A stretch of 64,000 nucleotides of DNA from an uncultured bacterium. Its GTDB lineage: Bacteria > Zixibacteria > MSB-5A5 > UBA10806. A program made the translations under genes and the position numbers. Positions 28,891 to 37,497 of the stretch are shown in pieces. The notes beneath the pieces were generated by a model. That model saw only the letters and a list, made by a program, of their open reading frames with translations, ran no database searches and was not told the DNA's origin. The stretch covers positions 128,001 through 192,000 of the forward strand of contig CBEUCH010000002.1 of assembly GCA_965541585.1 (NCBI GenBank), written 5' to 3'. How positions within the stretch are numbered: the stretch's first letter is position 1; each line of letters starts with the position of its first letter.

Positions 28891-31056
28891 ATGATGAGAA
28901 GGACTAAAGTTTTATTGTTGGCGATGTTATGCTTTTCAATCGCCGGTTTAGCATCCGCCCAGAATGTTGAGTATGTCAACTCAACGCTCTGGAATGGCTT
29001 GGGGGAGGTCAAAATCGTCGGCGATTATGCATACTGTGCCTTTTACAATGGCTTGATGATTCTTGATGTCACGAATCCGACCTCTCCATCTGTGGTGGGC
29101 CAGGTAGTTGGTCAAGGTCATGGAAATGGATTAGACGTTTCAGGTGATTACGCGTACCTGGTTAATACGTACGAGGATCTGCAGATAATAGACATCGCAA
29201 ACCCTGCCCTCCCGATATTATTAGGAAGTTACAGCACGCCGAGTGACGCTTCCGGTGTTTTTGTGGTCGATAACTACGCATACATAGCGGATGGCTATTC
29301 TGGCCTGCAGATCATAGACGTTGCCGATCCTATGAATCCGACATTTGTGGGGAGCTACGACACGCCGCACTTTGCCAAGGACATCTTCGTGGTTGGTAAT
29401 TACGCCTACGTGGCTAATTCATCTACTGGCCTGCTAATAATCGATATCGCGGATCCTGAAGATCCAACATTGGCGGGAAGCTACAATACTCCAGGATACG
29501 CTCAAGCAGTCTTTGTGGTCGGCGATTATGCATATGTTGCGGATGGTAGCTCCGGCGTACGGATAATCGACATCTCTAACCCGGCCTACCCCACACTGGA
29601 AGCAAGTTATGACACGCCAGGTTATCCTTCTGACATATATGTAATGGGTAGCTACGCTTTTGTAGCTGATGGTGATTCTGGCCTGTATATAATCGATGTC
29701 TCGAATCCTTCGAACCCCACTCATGTGGGGAATCACGATACGCCTAGGGATGCCACAGGGGTTTTCGTTACCGGCGAGCATTGTTATATTATTGACTATG
29801 ATCTTGTCCTGCAGATAATTGAGATCACCGATCCTTTCAATCCGATACTGGCAGGGAGTTTCGATACGCCTGGTTATGTACAGAGTGTTTTCCTTGCCGG
29901 GAATTACGCCTATGTTGCAAATCACATTTCAGGCTTGTGGATAATCGATATCAGCGACCCCGCCAGCCCAACACCGGTGGGATTTCACGATACACCGGAT
30001 AATGCTCGTGACGTTTTCGTGTCAGATAGTTACGCCTACGTGGCTGCTCATATTTCCGGCCTGCAGATAATAAACGTCGCCGATCCGGCCAACCCGACAT
30101 GGGTAGGAGGTTACGATACACCTGGTTCTGCGACGAGCGTTTTCGTCGACGACAATTACGCTTATGTGGTTAATAGTATTAGTGAGGGTGGCCTGCAAAT
30201 TATCGACGTCTCCAATCCTGCCAGCCCGACACTGGCGGGAAGTTATGATACGCCCAATAATGCTTATGGGATTTTCGTTGACGGCGGTTACGCTTACGTA
30301 GTTGAGGGATATGCCAGCGTGGAGAGTTGGGGTCGACTGCACATAGTTAGCATTGCCGACCCTGCGAATCCGGCTCTGATCGGAATTTATGAAACAGGTT
30401 TGCCCGGAGGTGTCTTTGTTGCCGGTAGTTATGCCTATGTAGTTTGCACTGATTATCGTCATTTCGAACCCGATATTTATAGTCTGGTGATAATTGATAT
30501 CGATGACCCTGCGAATCCCACAACAGTTGGAAGTTATGAAACACCAGAATTTGCCAGCCGCGTAGTTGTGGCTGGCAATTACGCCTATTTGGCTGTCAAT
30601 TATTATGGCGGCCTGCAGATAGTCGATATTGCCGATCCTGCGAATCCAACTCTGGCGGGAAGCTACGACACACCGGGCTGGGCTCGCGGCATTTCAGTGG
30701 ACGGCGATTTTGTATATGTAGCTGATCGCCATTCGCTAATGGTCCTTAGTTTTGGACCTGAAAATGATATTGAGGAGTGGAATGATCTCCCCCGAGAGTT
30801 CTCACTTGGGCAAAACTACCCCAACCCGTTCAATGCTTCCACCCTGATCGAGTACAATTTGCCTTCAGCTTCCAATGTAAGAATCGAAATCTACGACATC
30901 CTTGGCCGCAAAGTTGAAACGCTTGTGGACCAAAAAAAGCAAGCCGGTTATCATCAGATTACGTGGAATGCCTTTGACAAATCCTCGGGAATGTATTTTT
31001 ATAAGGTTCGGGCGGGGGAGTATACCGGGACGAAGAAGATGGTGTTGTTGAAGTAG
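28891..31056 (+). CDS. secreted LVIVD-repeat double beta-propeller protein with sorting tail (paralog of 1496..3601)
   Basis: AQNVEYVNSTLW N-terminus shared with the first gene; 14 blades; GQNYPNPFN...KKMVLLK; ggaggtt RBS. Confidence 0.9.
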   Translation: MMRRTKVLLLAMLCFSIAGLASAQNVEYVNSTLWNGLGEVKIVGDYAYCAFYNGLMILDVTNPTSPSVVGQVVGQGHGNGLDVSGDYAYLVNTYEDLQIIDIANPALPILLGSYSTPSDASGVFVVDNYAYIADGYSGLQIIDVADPMNPTFVGSYDTPHFAKDIFVVGNYAYVANSSTGLLIIDIADPEDPTLAGSYNTPGYAQAVFVVGDYAYVADGSSGVRIIDISNPAYPTLEASYDTPGYPSDIYVMGSYAFVADGDSGLYIIDVSNPSNPTHVGNHDTPRDATGVFVTGEHCYIIDYDLVLQIIEITDPFNPILAGSFDTPGYVQSVFLAGNYAYVANHISGLWIIDISDPASPTPVGFHDTPDNARDVFVSDSYAYVAAHISGLQIINVADPANPTWVGGYDTPGSATSVFVDDNYAYVVNSISEGGLQIIDVSNPASPTLAGSYDTPNNAYGIFVDGGYAYVVEGYASVESWGRLHIVSIADPANPALIGIYETGLPGGVFVAGSYAYVVCTDYRHFEPDIYSLVIIDIDDPANPTTVGSYETPEFASRVVVAGNYAYLAVNYYGGLQIVDIADPANPTLAGSYDTPGWARGISVDGDFVYVADRHSLMVLSFGPENDIEEWNDLPREFSLGQNYPNPFNASTLIEYNLPSASNVRIEIYDILGRKVETLVDQKKQAGYHQITWNAFDKSSGMYFYKVRAGEYTGTKKMVLLK

Positions 31057-31088
31057 GCCTTTAGTTATGTTTAAAGAGGGAGACAAGT

Positions 31089-31196
31089 ATGGGCGATAAG
31101 GGAAAAAAGGATAAGGGTAAAAGAGAGCAGCAGAAAAAGAGCAAGCATAGCTTATTGGAAAAGCGAAAACTTAAAAAAGAAAAAAAGAATAAATAG
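31089..31196 (+). CDS. small, very basic 35-aa protein
   Basis: MGDKGKKDKGKREQQKKSKHSLLEKRKLKKEKKNK*; RBS gagggag; followed by a terminator; below the ORF-track cutoff. Confidence 0.65.
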   Translation: MGDKGKKDKGKREQQKKSKHSLLEKRKLKKEKKNK

Positions 31197-31227
31197 AACC
31201 TAGAATAACTGAGAATGACAAAACCAT

Positions 31228-31257
31228 GGGGAGTTACATCGACTCCCCTCTCTTTTT
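31228..31257 (+). terminator. Rho-independent terminator
   Basis: ggggagt-tacatcg-actcccc followed by tctcttttt. Confidence 0.7.
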
Positions 31258-31326
31258 GCCCTGTCACTCGCCGGCTGGGCATTTGCCCGGCATGTTAAGT
31301 ATGCGGGTGGCTACGATACGCCGGTC
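31254..31326 (+). pseudogene. collapsed relic of an LVIVD-family gene
   Basis: DNA aligns with 1529-1577; reads LSLAGWAFARHVKYAGGYDTP versus LSFAGSAFAQNVEY...GYDTP. Confidence 0.7.
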
Positions 31327-31435
31327 AACATTAAAGGCTTGACTTCTAAGTAGTTTCTATTATCTATAGTTGTAGACACAATCAGGATATTGCAGTTGCG
31401 GTTGGCAACAAGGATAAATACCTCGCCCGGGGGAC

Positions 31436-33880
31436 ATGATGAGAAGAGTCATAATTATTTCGCTGGCATCTCTTTTGTTGTTGGCCGGAAATGCCTTTAC
31501 CTTTGAGCCGTTATTTCATGCCAGGATTGATTACGGGGCCGGGGATGGTCCTAATTCAGTTTTCGCGGTTGACCTCGATAACGACGGCGACAATGACCTG
31601 GCCGTGGCTAATGAGAACTCCAACAATGTCTCAGTCATCCTGAATAACGGTGACGGGACATTTCAGGCGGCGGTTAATTACGGGGCCGGGGAAGCTCCTG
31701 TTTCGGTTTTCGCGGTTGACCTCGATGGCGATGGCGACAATGACCTGGCGGTGGCTAATAGGTTTTCCGACAATGTCTCAATCCTTCTGAATAACGGTGA
31801 CGGGACATTTCATGCGGCGGTTAATTACGGGACCGGGGATGAACCTAGTTCAGTTTTCGCGGTTGATCTCGATGGCGATGGCGATATTGACCTGGCAGTG
31901 GCTAATGCTGGCTCCAGCAATGTCTCAGTCCTTCTGAATAATGGTGACGGTATATTTCAGGCGGCGGTTAATTACGGGGCCGGGATTGGACCTCGTTCAG
32001 CTTTCGCGGTTGACCTTGATGGCGATGGCGACAATGACCTGGCCGTGGCTAATGAAGGTTCCCACAATGTCTCGGTTCTTCTGAATAACGGTGACGGGAC
32101 ATTTCAGGCAGCGGTTAATTACTTGGCCGGGGATAGACCTGTTTCAGTTTTCGCGGTTGACCTCGATGGCGTTGGCCACAATGACCTGGCCGTGGCTAAT
32201 GTTGGTTCCGACAGTGTATCAGTCCTTCTGAATAACGGTGACGGGACATTTCAAACAGCGGTTAATTATGGGGCCGAGGATTTTCCTTCTTCAGTTTTCG
32301 CAGTTGACCTCGATGGCGATGGCGACAATGACCTGACCGTGGCTAATCGGTATTCCGACAATGTCTCAGTTCTCCTGAATAACAGTGACGGGACATTTCA
32401 AGAGGCGGTTAATTACGGGACCGGGGGTGGTTCTGTTTTAGTTTTCGCGGTTGATCTCGACGGCGATGGCGATAATGACCTGGCAGTGGCTAATGCCGGC
32501 TCCGACAATGTCTCAGTTCTTCTGAATAACGGTGACGGTATATTTCAGGCGTCGGTCGATTACGGGGCGGGGAGTTGGCCTATCTCAGTTTTCGCGGCTG
32601 ACCTCGATGGCGATGGCGACAATGACCTGGCCGTGGCTAATGGTTATTCCTACAATGTCTCAGTACTTCTGAGCAACGGTGACGGGACATTTCAAGAGGC
32701 GGTTAGTTACGAGGCGGCGTATGGCCCCTCGTCAGTTTTCGCAGTTGACCTCGATGGCGACGGCGACAAAGACCTGGCTGTAGCTAATGATGGTGGCTTT
32801 TATGGCTACGAATGTGTCTCGGTGCTTCTGAATAACGGTGACGGTATATTTCAGGCGGCAGTCATTTATGATACCGGAGATGGTCCTGTTTCTGTTTTCG
32901 CGGTTGACCTCGATGGCGATGGAGACAAAGACCTGGCCGTGGCTAATTATGACTCCGAAAATGTCTCAGTCCTTCTGAATAACGGTGACGGGACATTTCA
33001 GCCGGCAGTTAACTACGGGGCCGGTAATTCGCCTACCTCAGTTTTCGCGGTTGACCTCGATGGCGATGGCGATAATGACCTGGCCGTGGCTAATGAAGGT
33101 TCCCACAATGTCTCGGTTCTTCTGAATAACGGTGACGGGACATTTCAGGCAGCGGCTAATTACAGGGCCGGAGATTTTCCTTCTTCAGTTTTCGCGGCTG
33201 ACCTCGATGGCGATGGCGACAAAGACCTGGCCGTGGCTAATCGTTTTTCCTACAATGTCTCAGTCCTTCTGAGCAACGGTGACGGGACATTTCAGGAGGC
33301 GGTTAATTACGGGGCCGGAGATTTTCCTTCTTCAGTTTTCGCGGTTGACCTCGATGGCGATGGCGACAATGACCTAACCGTGGCTAATCGTTTTTCCTAC
33401 AATGTCTCAGTCCTTCTGAACAACGGTGACGGGACATTTCAGGCGGCGGTTAATTACGGCGCCGGAGGTTTTCCTTCTTCAGTTTTCGCGGTTGACCTCG
33501 ATGGCGATGGAGACAATGACCTGGCCGTGGCTAATTATCGCGCTAAAGATATTTCAATATTGATAAATCTTTCAAGCACGACAGGTGTGGATAATTCTCC
33601 CGAAGCATCTTTGCCTGAGAGTTTCGGTATTTCTCAGAACTATCCCAACCCCTTTAACGCCTCTACAGTAATTCAATACAATATACCTTTAGCTTCCGAT
33701 GTAATAATCGACATTTATGATATCCTCGGCCGCAAGGTTGAGACGCTGATTCAGGGAGAACAGCAAGCCGGGTATCATCAGATAACATGGGATGCGAAAG
33801 GTCAATCTTCCGGCATGTATTTTTACCGTATTCAGGCGGGGGAATATTCTGAAGCCAAAAAGATGTTGTTGTTGAAGTAG
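31436..33880 (+). CDS. secreted FG-GAP/VCBS-repeat double beta-propeller protein with sorting tail
   Basis: 14 DLDGDGDNDLAVAN repeats of 49 aa; SQNYPNPFN...KKMLLLK. Confidence 0.92.
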   Translation: MMRRVIIISLASLLLLAGNAFTFEPLFHARIDYGAGDGPNSVFAVDLDNDGDNDLAVANENSNNVSVILNNGDGTFQAAVNYGAGEAPVSVFAVDLDGDGDNDLAVANRFSDNVSILLNNGDGTFHAAVNYGTGDEPSSVFAVDLDGDGDIDLAVANAGSSNVSVLLNNGDGIFQAAVNYGAGIGPRSAFAVDLDGDGDNDLAVANEGSHNVSVLLNNGDGTFQAAVNYLAGDRPVSVFAVDLDGVGHNDLAVANVGSDSVSVLLNNGDGTFQTAVNYGAEDFPSSVFAVDLDGDGDNDLTVANRYSDNVSVLLNNSDGTFQEAVNYGTGGGSVLVFAVDLDGDGDNDLAVANAGSDNVSVLLNNGDGIFQASVDYGAGSWPISVFAADLDGDGDNDLAVANGYSYNVSVLLSNGDGTFQEAVSYEAAYGPSSVFAVDLDGDGDKDLAVANDGGFYGYECVSVLLNNGDGIFQAAVIYDTGDGPVSVFAVDLDGDGDKDLAVANYDSENVSVLLNNGDGTFQPAVNYGAGNSPTSVFAVDLDGDGDNDLAVANEGSHNVSVLLNNGDGTFQAAANYRAGDFPSSVFAADLDGDGDKDLAVANRFSYNVSVLLSNGDGTFQEAVNYGAGDFPSSVFAVDLDGDGDNDLTVANRFSYNVSVLLNNGDGTFQAAVNYGAGGFPSSVFAVDLDGDGDNDLAVANYRAKDISILINLSSTTGVDNSPEASLPESFGISQNYPNPFNASTVIQYNIPLASDVIIDIYDILGRKVETLIQGEQQAGYHQITWDAKGQSSGMYFYRIQAGEYSEAKKMLLLK
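31528..33570 (+). repeat. intragenic 147-bp tandem repeat array with high DNA identity
   Basis: ttacggggccgggga at 31531 and 31678 (period 147); 14 units. Confidence 0.95.
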
Positions 33881-34012
33881 TGGCTGCACTTCAGGCAGTG
33901 TTTTGCCTTCGCACCTTCTTTAAAGCTACCGAATTCTATTATTATATCCCTGTTTAATTATGATATCCACATTTCCGATTGACAAGTAGATAGCCTCCGT
34001 TAAATTACCGCT

Positions 34013-34861
34013 ATGAAGAAAATGCCCGACGATATCGAACTTATCCGGCTCGCGCTGGCCGAGGATGCAGGCCGCGGAGATATCACCACCCAGGCCCTGA
34101 AACTGAAAGGCCGGAAGGGCGAGGGGGTGGTGATAGCCAGGGACGCAGGAGTGATCTCGGGTATCGGGCCGTTAAAAAAGGTTTTCCAAACCCTGTCCCC
34201 GTCGTTTTCGTTTAAGGTATTGCAAAATGACGGCCGTCCGGTAAAGCCGGGCGATGAGATCATCCGGATAAAAGGGCCTCTGGATTCAATGCTCACCGGA
34301 GAGCGTACGGCGATGAATATTATCGGCCATCTATCCGGTGTGGCAACTCTGACGAGAGCTTTTGCAGATGCGATCGAAACACCTCCTGCAAAAATATATG
34401 ATACCAGGAAGACAACTCCCGGGATGCGGGCCTGGGAGAAAAAGGCCGTCCTCCATGGCGGCGGGGCCAACCATCGTATGGGCTTACATGATATGTATCT
34501 GGTCAAAGAGAATCATATCGCCGCAGCCGGAGGGCTTGAAGCGGCCATGCGGCTGGCAATCGCGCACAGGCGAAAGACGAGAGCTAGGCTGGAAGTGGAA
34601 GTTCGCAATCTCTCCGAATTGAAAAAGGTACTGCCGTTTAAGCCTGATTACATTCTTCTCGATAATTTCACGGTCCCGGGGCTAAGAAAGGCCGCTAAGC
34701 TTGCGAAATCTATTCGTCCGGGGATAGTCCTCGAAGCTTCAGGACGAATCGATTTGAAAACAGTCAAAAAGATCACCGCTACCGGTATCGATCGTATCTC
34801 GATCGGTAAGCTCACGCATTCGGCGCCGGCGCTGGATCTATCGTTTAAGGTGATAGGTTGA
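34013..34861 (+). CDS. nadC: nicotinate-nucleotide pyrophosphorylase (carboxylating)
   Basis: EDAGRGDITT, DTRKTTPG, NHRMGLHD, ILLDNF, EASG. Confidence 0.95.
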   Translation: MKKMPDDIELIRLALAEDAGRGDITTQALKLKGRKGEGVVIARDAGVISGIGPLKKVFQTLSPSFSFKVLQNDGRPVKPGDEIIRIKGPLDSMLTGERTAMNIIGHLSGVATLTRAFADAIETPPAKIYDTRKTTPGMRAWEKKAVLHGGGANHRMGLHDMYLVKENHIAAAGGLEAAMRLAIAHRRKTRARLEVEVRNLSELKKVLPFKPDYILLDNFTVPGLRKAAKLAKSIRPGIVLEASGRIDLKTVKKITATGIDRISIGKLTHSAPALDLSFKVIG

Positions 34862-35853
34862 TACAGCAGTCATCCCCGCAATCGAACAATATCCAGGCAG
34901 AGGTGCTCAAGGCGCTCCTGGATTCGCGCGGCCAAAAGGCGACGATAGCAGAGATATGCAAATCAACAGGGCTCAATAGAAAAGATATTAGGGTAGCGAT
35001 CAAAGAGCTACTTAGCTCCGGTATTCAAATCGATAGCCGAAAAGGCTATGAGATAATGAGTCTTCCGGATTCTATTCCGGCTCCATTATTTCTGTGCGGG
35101 CTCAAGAGTCGCGTAATGGGGAGGCAGATTTATTCGTATAAGACAATCGGCTCGACCAACGAAACTGCCCGCAGAATGGCGGAATCGGGTGCGCCGGAGG
35201 GAACAATAATTCTATCAGATAAGCAGACAAAGGGCCGCGGGCGGCTGGGAAGATCCTGGCATTCACCGTCCAGCCTCGGACTGTATTTCTCGCTTATACT
35301 GCGTCCCCGAATCCCCTTCGATAAGGTGCCGGCGTTATCGCTGGTAGCGGCGCTGTCGGTTTGCCGGGTTGCAGACCGCGCAGCGGGCCTTAGCTCCATG
35401 ATCAAATGGCCGAACGATTGTTTCATAGGCACGAGAAAAATGGCCGGCATACTGGTGGAGGTATCGGCCGAACTCGACAGTCTGAGCTACGCCGTGCTGG
35501 GGATTGGTATCAATATAAATCATCGGGAAAAGGACTTTCCCCGGGAGTTGAGGTCGGTGGCGACGTCTGTGGCAATCGAAGCCGGCCGGACAATTGAAAG
35601 GGTCGGTTTCCTGCAAAAACTGATCTATGAGTTCGAGAAATCCTATAACAATTTTACCAGGTATGGCCTGCGCTTTATCGGGCCGGAGCTGGTGGAGCGT
35701 TCCACCGTAATAAACCGGGATATTACGGTGCGGGTCGGAAAGAAGAAGATCTCCGGCAGAGCGGTGGGGTTGGATCAGAATGGAGCTTTGAGAATGCTGA
35801 CCGAGGATGGTGTCCGGATCATCTCAGCCGGGGAGGTCACCCTTCGGAGTTAA
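34858..35853 (+). CDS. birA: biotin--[acetyl-CoA carboxylase] ligase with N-terminal HTH
   Basis: GSTNE, QTKGRGRLGRSW, IKWPND, KMAGILVE. Confidence 0.92.
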   Translation: MIQQSSPQSNNIQAEVLKALLDSRGQKATIAEICKSTGLNRKDIRVAIKELLSSGIQIDSRKGYEIMSLPDSIPAPLFLCGLKSRVMGRQIYSYKTIGSTNETARRMAESGAPEGTIILSDKQTKGRGRLGRSWHSPSSLGLYFSLILRPRIPFDKVPALSLVAALSVCRVADRAAGLSSMIKWPNDCFIGTRKMAGILVEVSAELDSLSYAVLGIGININHREKDFPRELRSVATSVAIEAGRTIERVGFLQKLIYEFEKSYNNFTRYGLRFIGPELVERSTVINRDITVRVGKKKISGRAVGLDQNGALRMLTEDGVRIISAGEVTLRS

Positions 35854-35886
35854 GCTGATATTATTGATCTGTAATTATGGACAATA

Positions 35887-35912
35887 AAAAAGGCGGGTTA
35901 TAAATCCCGCCC
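35887..35912. terminator. terminator hairpin (T-tract on minus strand)
   Basis: aaaaaa-ggcgggt-tataa-atcccgcc. Confidence 0.65.
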
Positions 35913-36222
35913 TTATTGCGCGAGGCGCTGTTGTATTACCCGTTGTCGCTCGAAGATGTCATTCCGTTGCTGCGCCTTAGCTCAATACTTGTGATTTCAA
36001 GTAAACTACTTCAGTTGTTGCCGCATCCTCACCTAATAAGAGGGATTCCGATTTTCAATTTCATTCATTACGATTTCCTCAAACAATTAAAAACTGCCCC
36101 CGGTTCCCCGAAAATAATTGATCGGGAAATATTTTTCGTTATCATGGCACGTGGCTCGGTATGGAACAACGGCCGGTTTTAAGCCGTTTACTAATCTGAC
36201 GATATAAACAAAGGGTAAGCCT

Positions 36223-37497
36223 ATGAGAAAATCCTTCGCCATCGTAATAGCAATCATGATTTCCGTCACCGGTACGCCCGCTCTGGGGTCCAAGATATTG
36301 GTCCCCATGGATTTGACGCAAACCGATCATCTCAAGGCCTATGGCCTGGCCTATTGGTGCCTGCAGAATGGTATCGATGTTGAATGGCTTTTGAATTACC
36401 GAAGTGGATCTTTTTTGACCGATGACCTGGAGCAGATAGCCGAGGCATGCAGGCTCAAGGGCGTTTCTTACGAACAGATAAGCGGGGCTGAGGAAGCCAG
36501 AATCATGAAGATCATGGAAGAAAGCAACATGGAATCCGTCCTTCTGGAAAAAGCGCCCGTGGTTGCCATCTACGCTCCGCCATCGAGAAGAAACGAGCCG
36601 TGGGATGATGCCGTAAACCTGGTATTGGAGTACGCCGAGATTCCCTTTGATATAATCTGGGATCCGGATGTTCTCCTGGGGAAGCTTGCCGAATATGATT
36701 GGATTCATCTGCATCATGAGGATTTCACCGGCCAGTACGGGAAATTCTATGCGCAATATCGCGGGACACTCTGGTATAAGCAGGATAAAGCGTTAAACGA
36801 GACCACCGCCCGCGAATTGGGATTTGTAAAAGTTTCCGCACTGAAGCTGGCAGTGACGAATGCTATCGAAGATTACGTGGCAGGCGGAGGATTTCTATTT
36901 GCCATGTGCAGCGCCGCCGACACCTACGATATCGCCCGAGCCGCCTGGAGGACTGATATTGTCCCTGCTGAATCCGACGGTGATGGTATCGACTCCGATT
37001 ACATCTCGAAACTCGATTTTCGAAACACTTTTGCTTTCGAAAATTTCGATGTGGTTACAAATCCTTTCATATACGAGCATTCAATGATCGATACTTCGCC
37101 GGTCCGGGGAGGGAGGGGTCTCTCCCCGCAGGCCGATTATTTTACCCTGTTCGATTTCTCGGCAAAGTGGGACCCGGTTCCGACAATGCTGGTGCAGGAT
37201 CATACCGATGTAGTCAACGGTTTCTGGGGCCAGTGCACAGGGTACAACAAGCGGTATATCAAGAAAAACGTGATATTGCTGGCGGAGACCCCGGGGAAGA
37301 GCGAAGCAAAATATATTCATGGTAATTATGGAAAAGGAACATTCACGTTTTTCGGAGGGCACGATCCGGAGGATTATCAGCATATGATCGGAGATCCGCC
37401 TACCGATCTGAGGTTGCACAAGCACTCACCGGGTTACAGGCTGATTTTGAATAACGTTCTTTTCCCGGCAGCCAAGAAAAAGGAGAGAAAAACCTGA
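36223..37497 (+). CDS. conserved secreted FCB-group protein with class I GATase-like fold (often labelled 'asparagine synthetase B')
   Basis: HLKAYG, WLLNYRSGSF, HLHHEDFTGQYGKFY, FLFAMCS, GHDPEDYQH. Confidence 0.7.
   Translation: MRKSFAIVIAIMISVTGTPALGSKILVPMDLTQTDHLKAYGLAYWCLQNGIDVEWLLNYRSGSFLTDDLEQIAEACRLKGVSYEQISGAEEARIMKIMEESNMESVLLEKAPVVAIYAPPSRRNEPWDDAVNLVLEYAEIPFDIIWDPDVLLGKLAEYDWIHLHHEDFTGQYGKFYAQYRGTLWYKQDKALNETTARELGFVKVSALKLAVTNAIEDYVAGGGFLFAMCSAADTYDIARAAWRTDIVPAESDGDGIDSDYISKLDFRNTFAFENFDVVTNPFIYEHSMIDTSPVRGGRGLSPQADYFTLFDFSAKWDPVPTMLVQDHTDVVNGFWGQCTGYNKRYIKKNVILLAETPGKSEAKYIHGNYGKGTFTFFGGHDPEDYQHMIGDPPTDLRLHKHSPGYRLILNNVLFPAAKKKERKT

Noticed and set aside
1750..33570. CRISPR array interpretation of the regular repeats
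   Set aside because: The periods (126 and 147 bp) are in-frame protein repeats without unique spacers, and there are no cas genes
36145..36161. sigma54 promoter (tggcac)
   Set aside because: The -12 TTGC element is missing
36223..37497. True asparagine synthetase AsnB
   Set aside because: It has a signal peptide and lacks the N-terminal Cys Ntn domain and the ATP-pyrophosphatase motif
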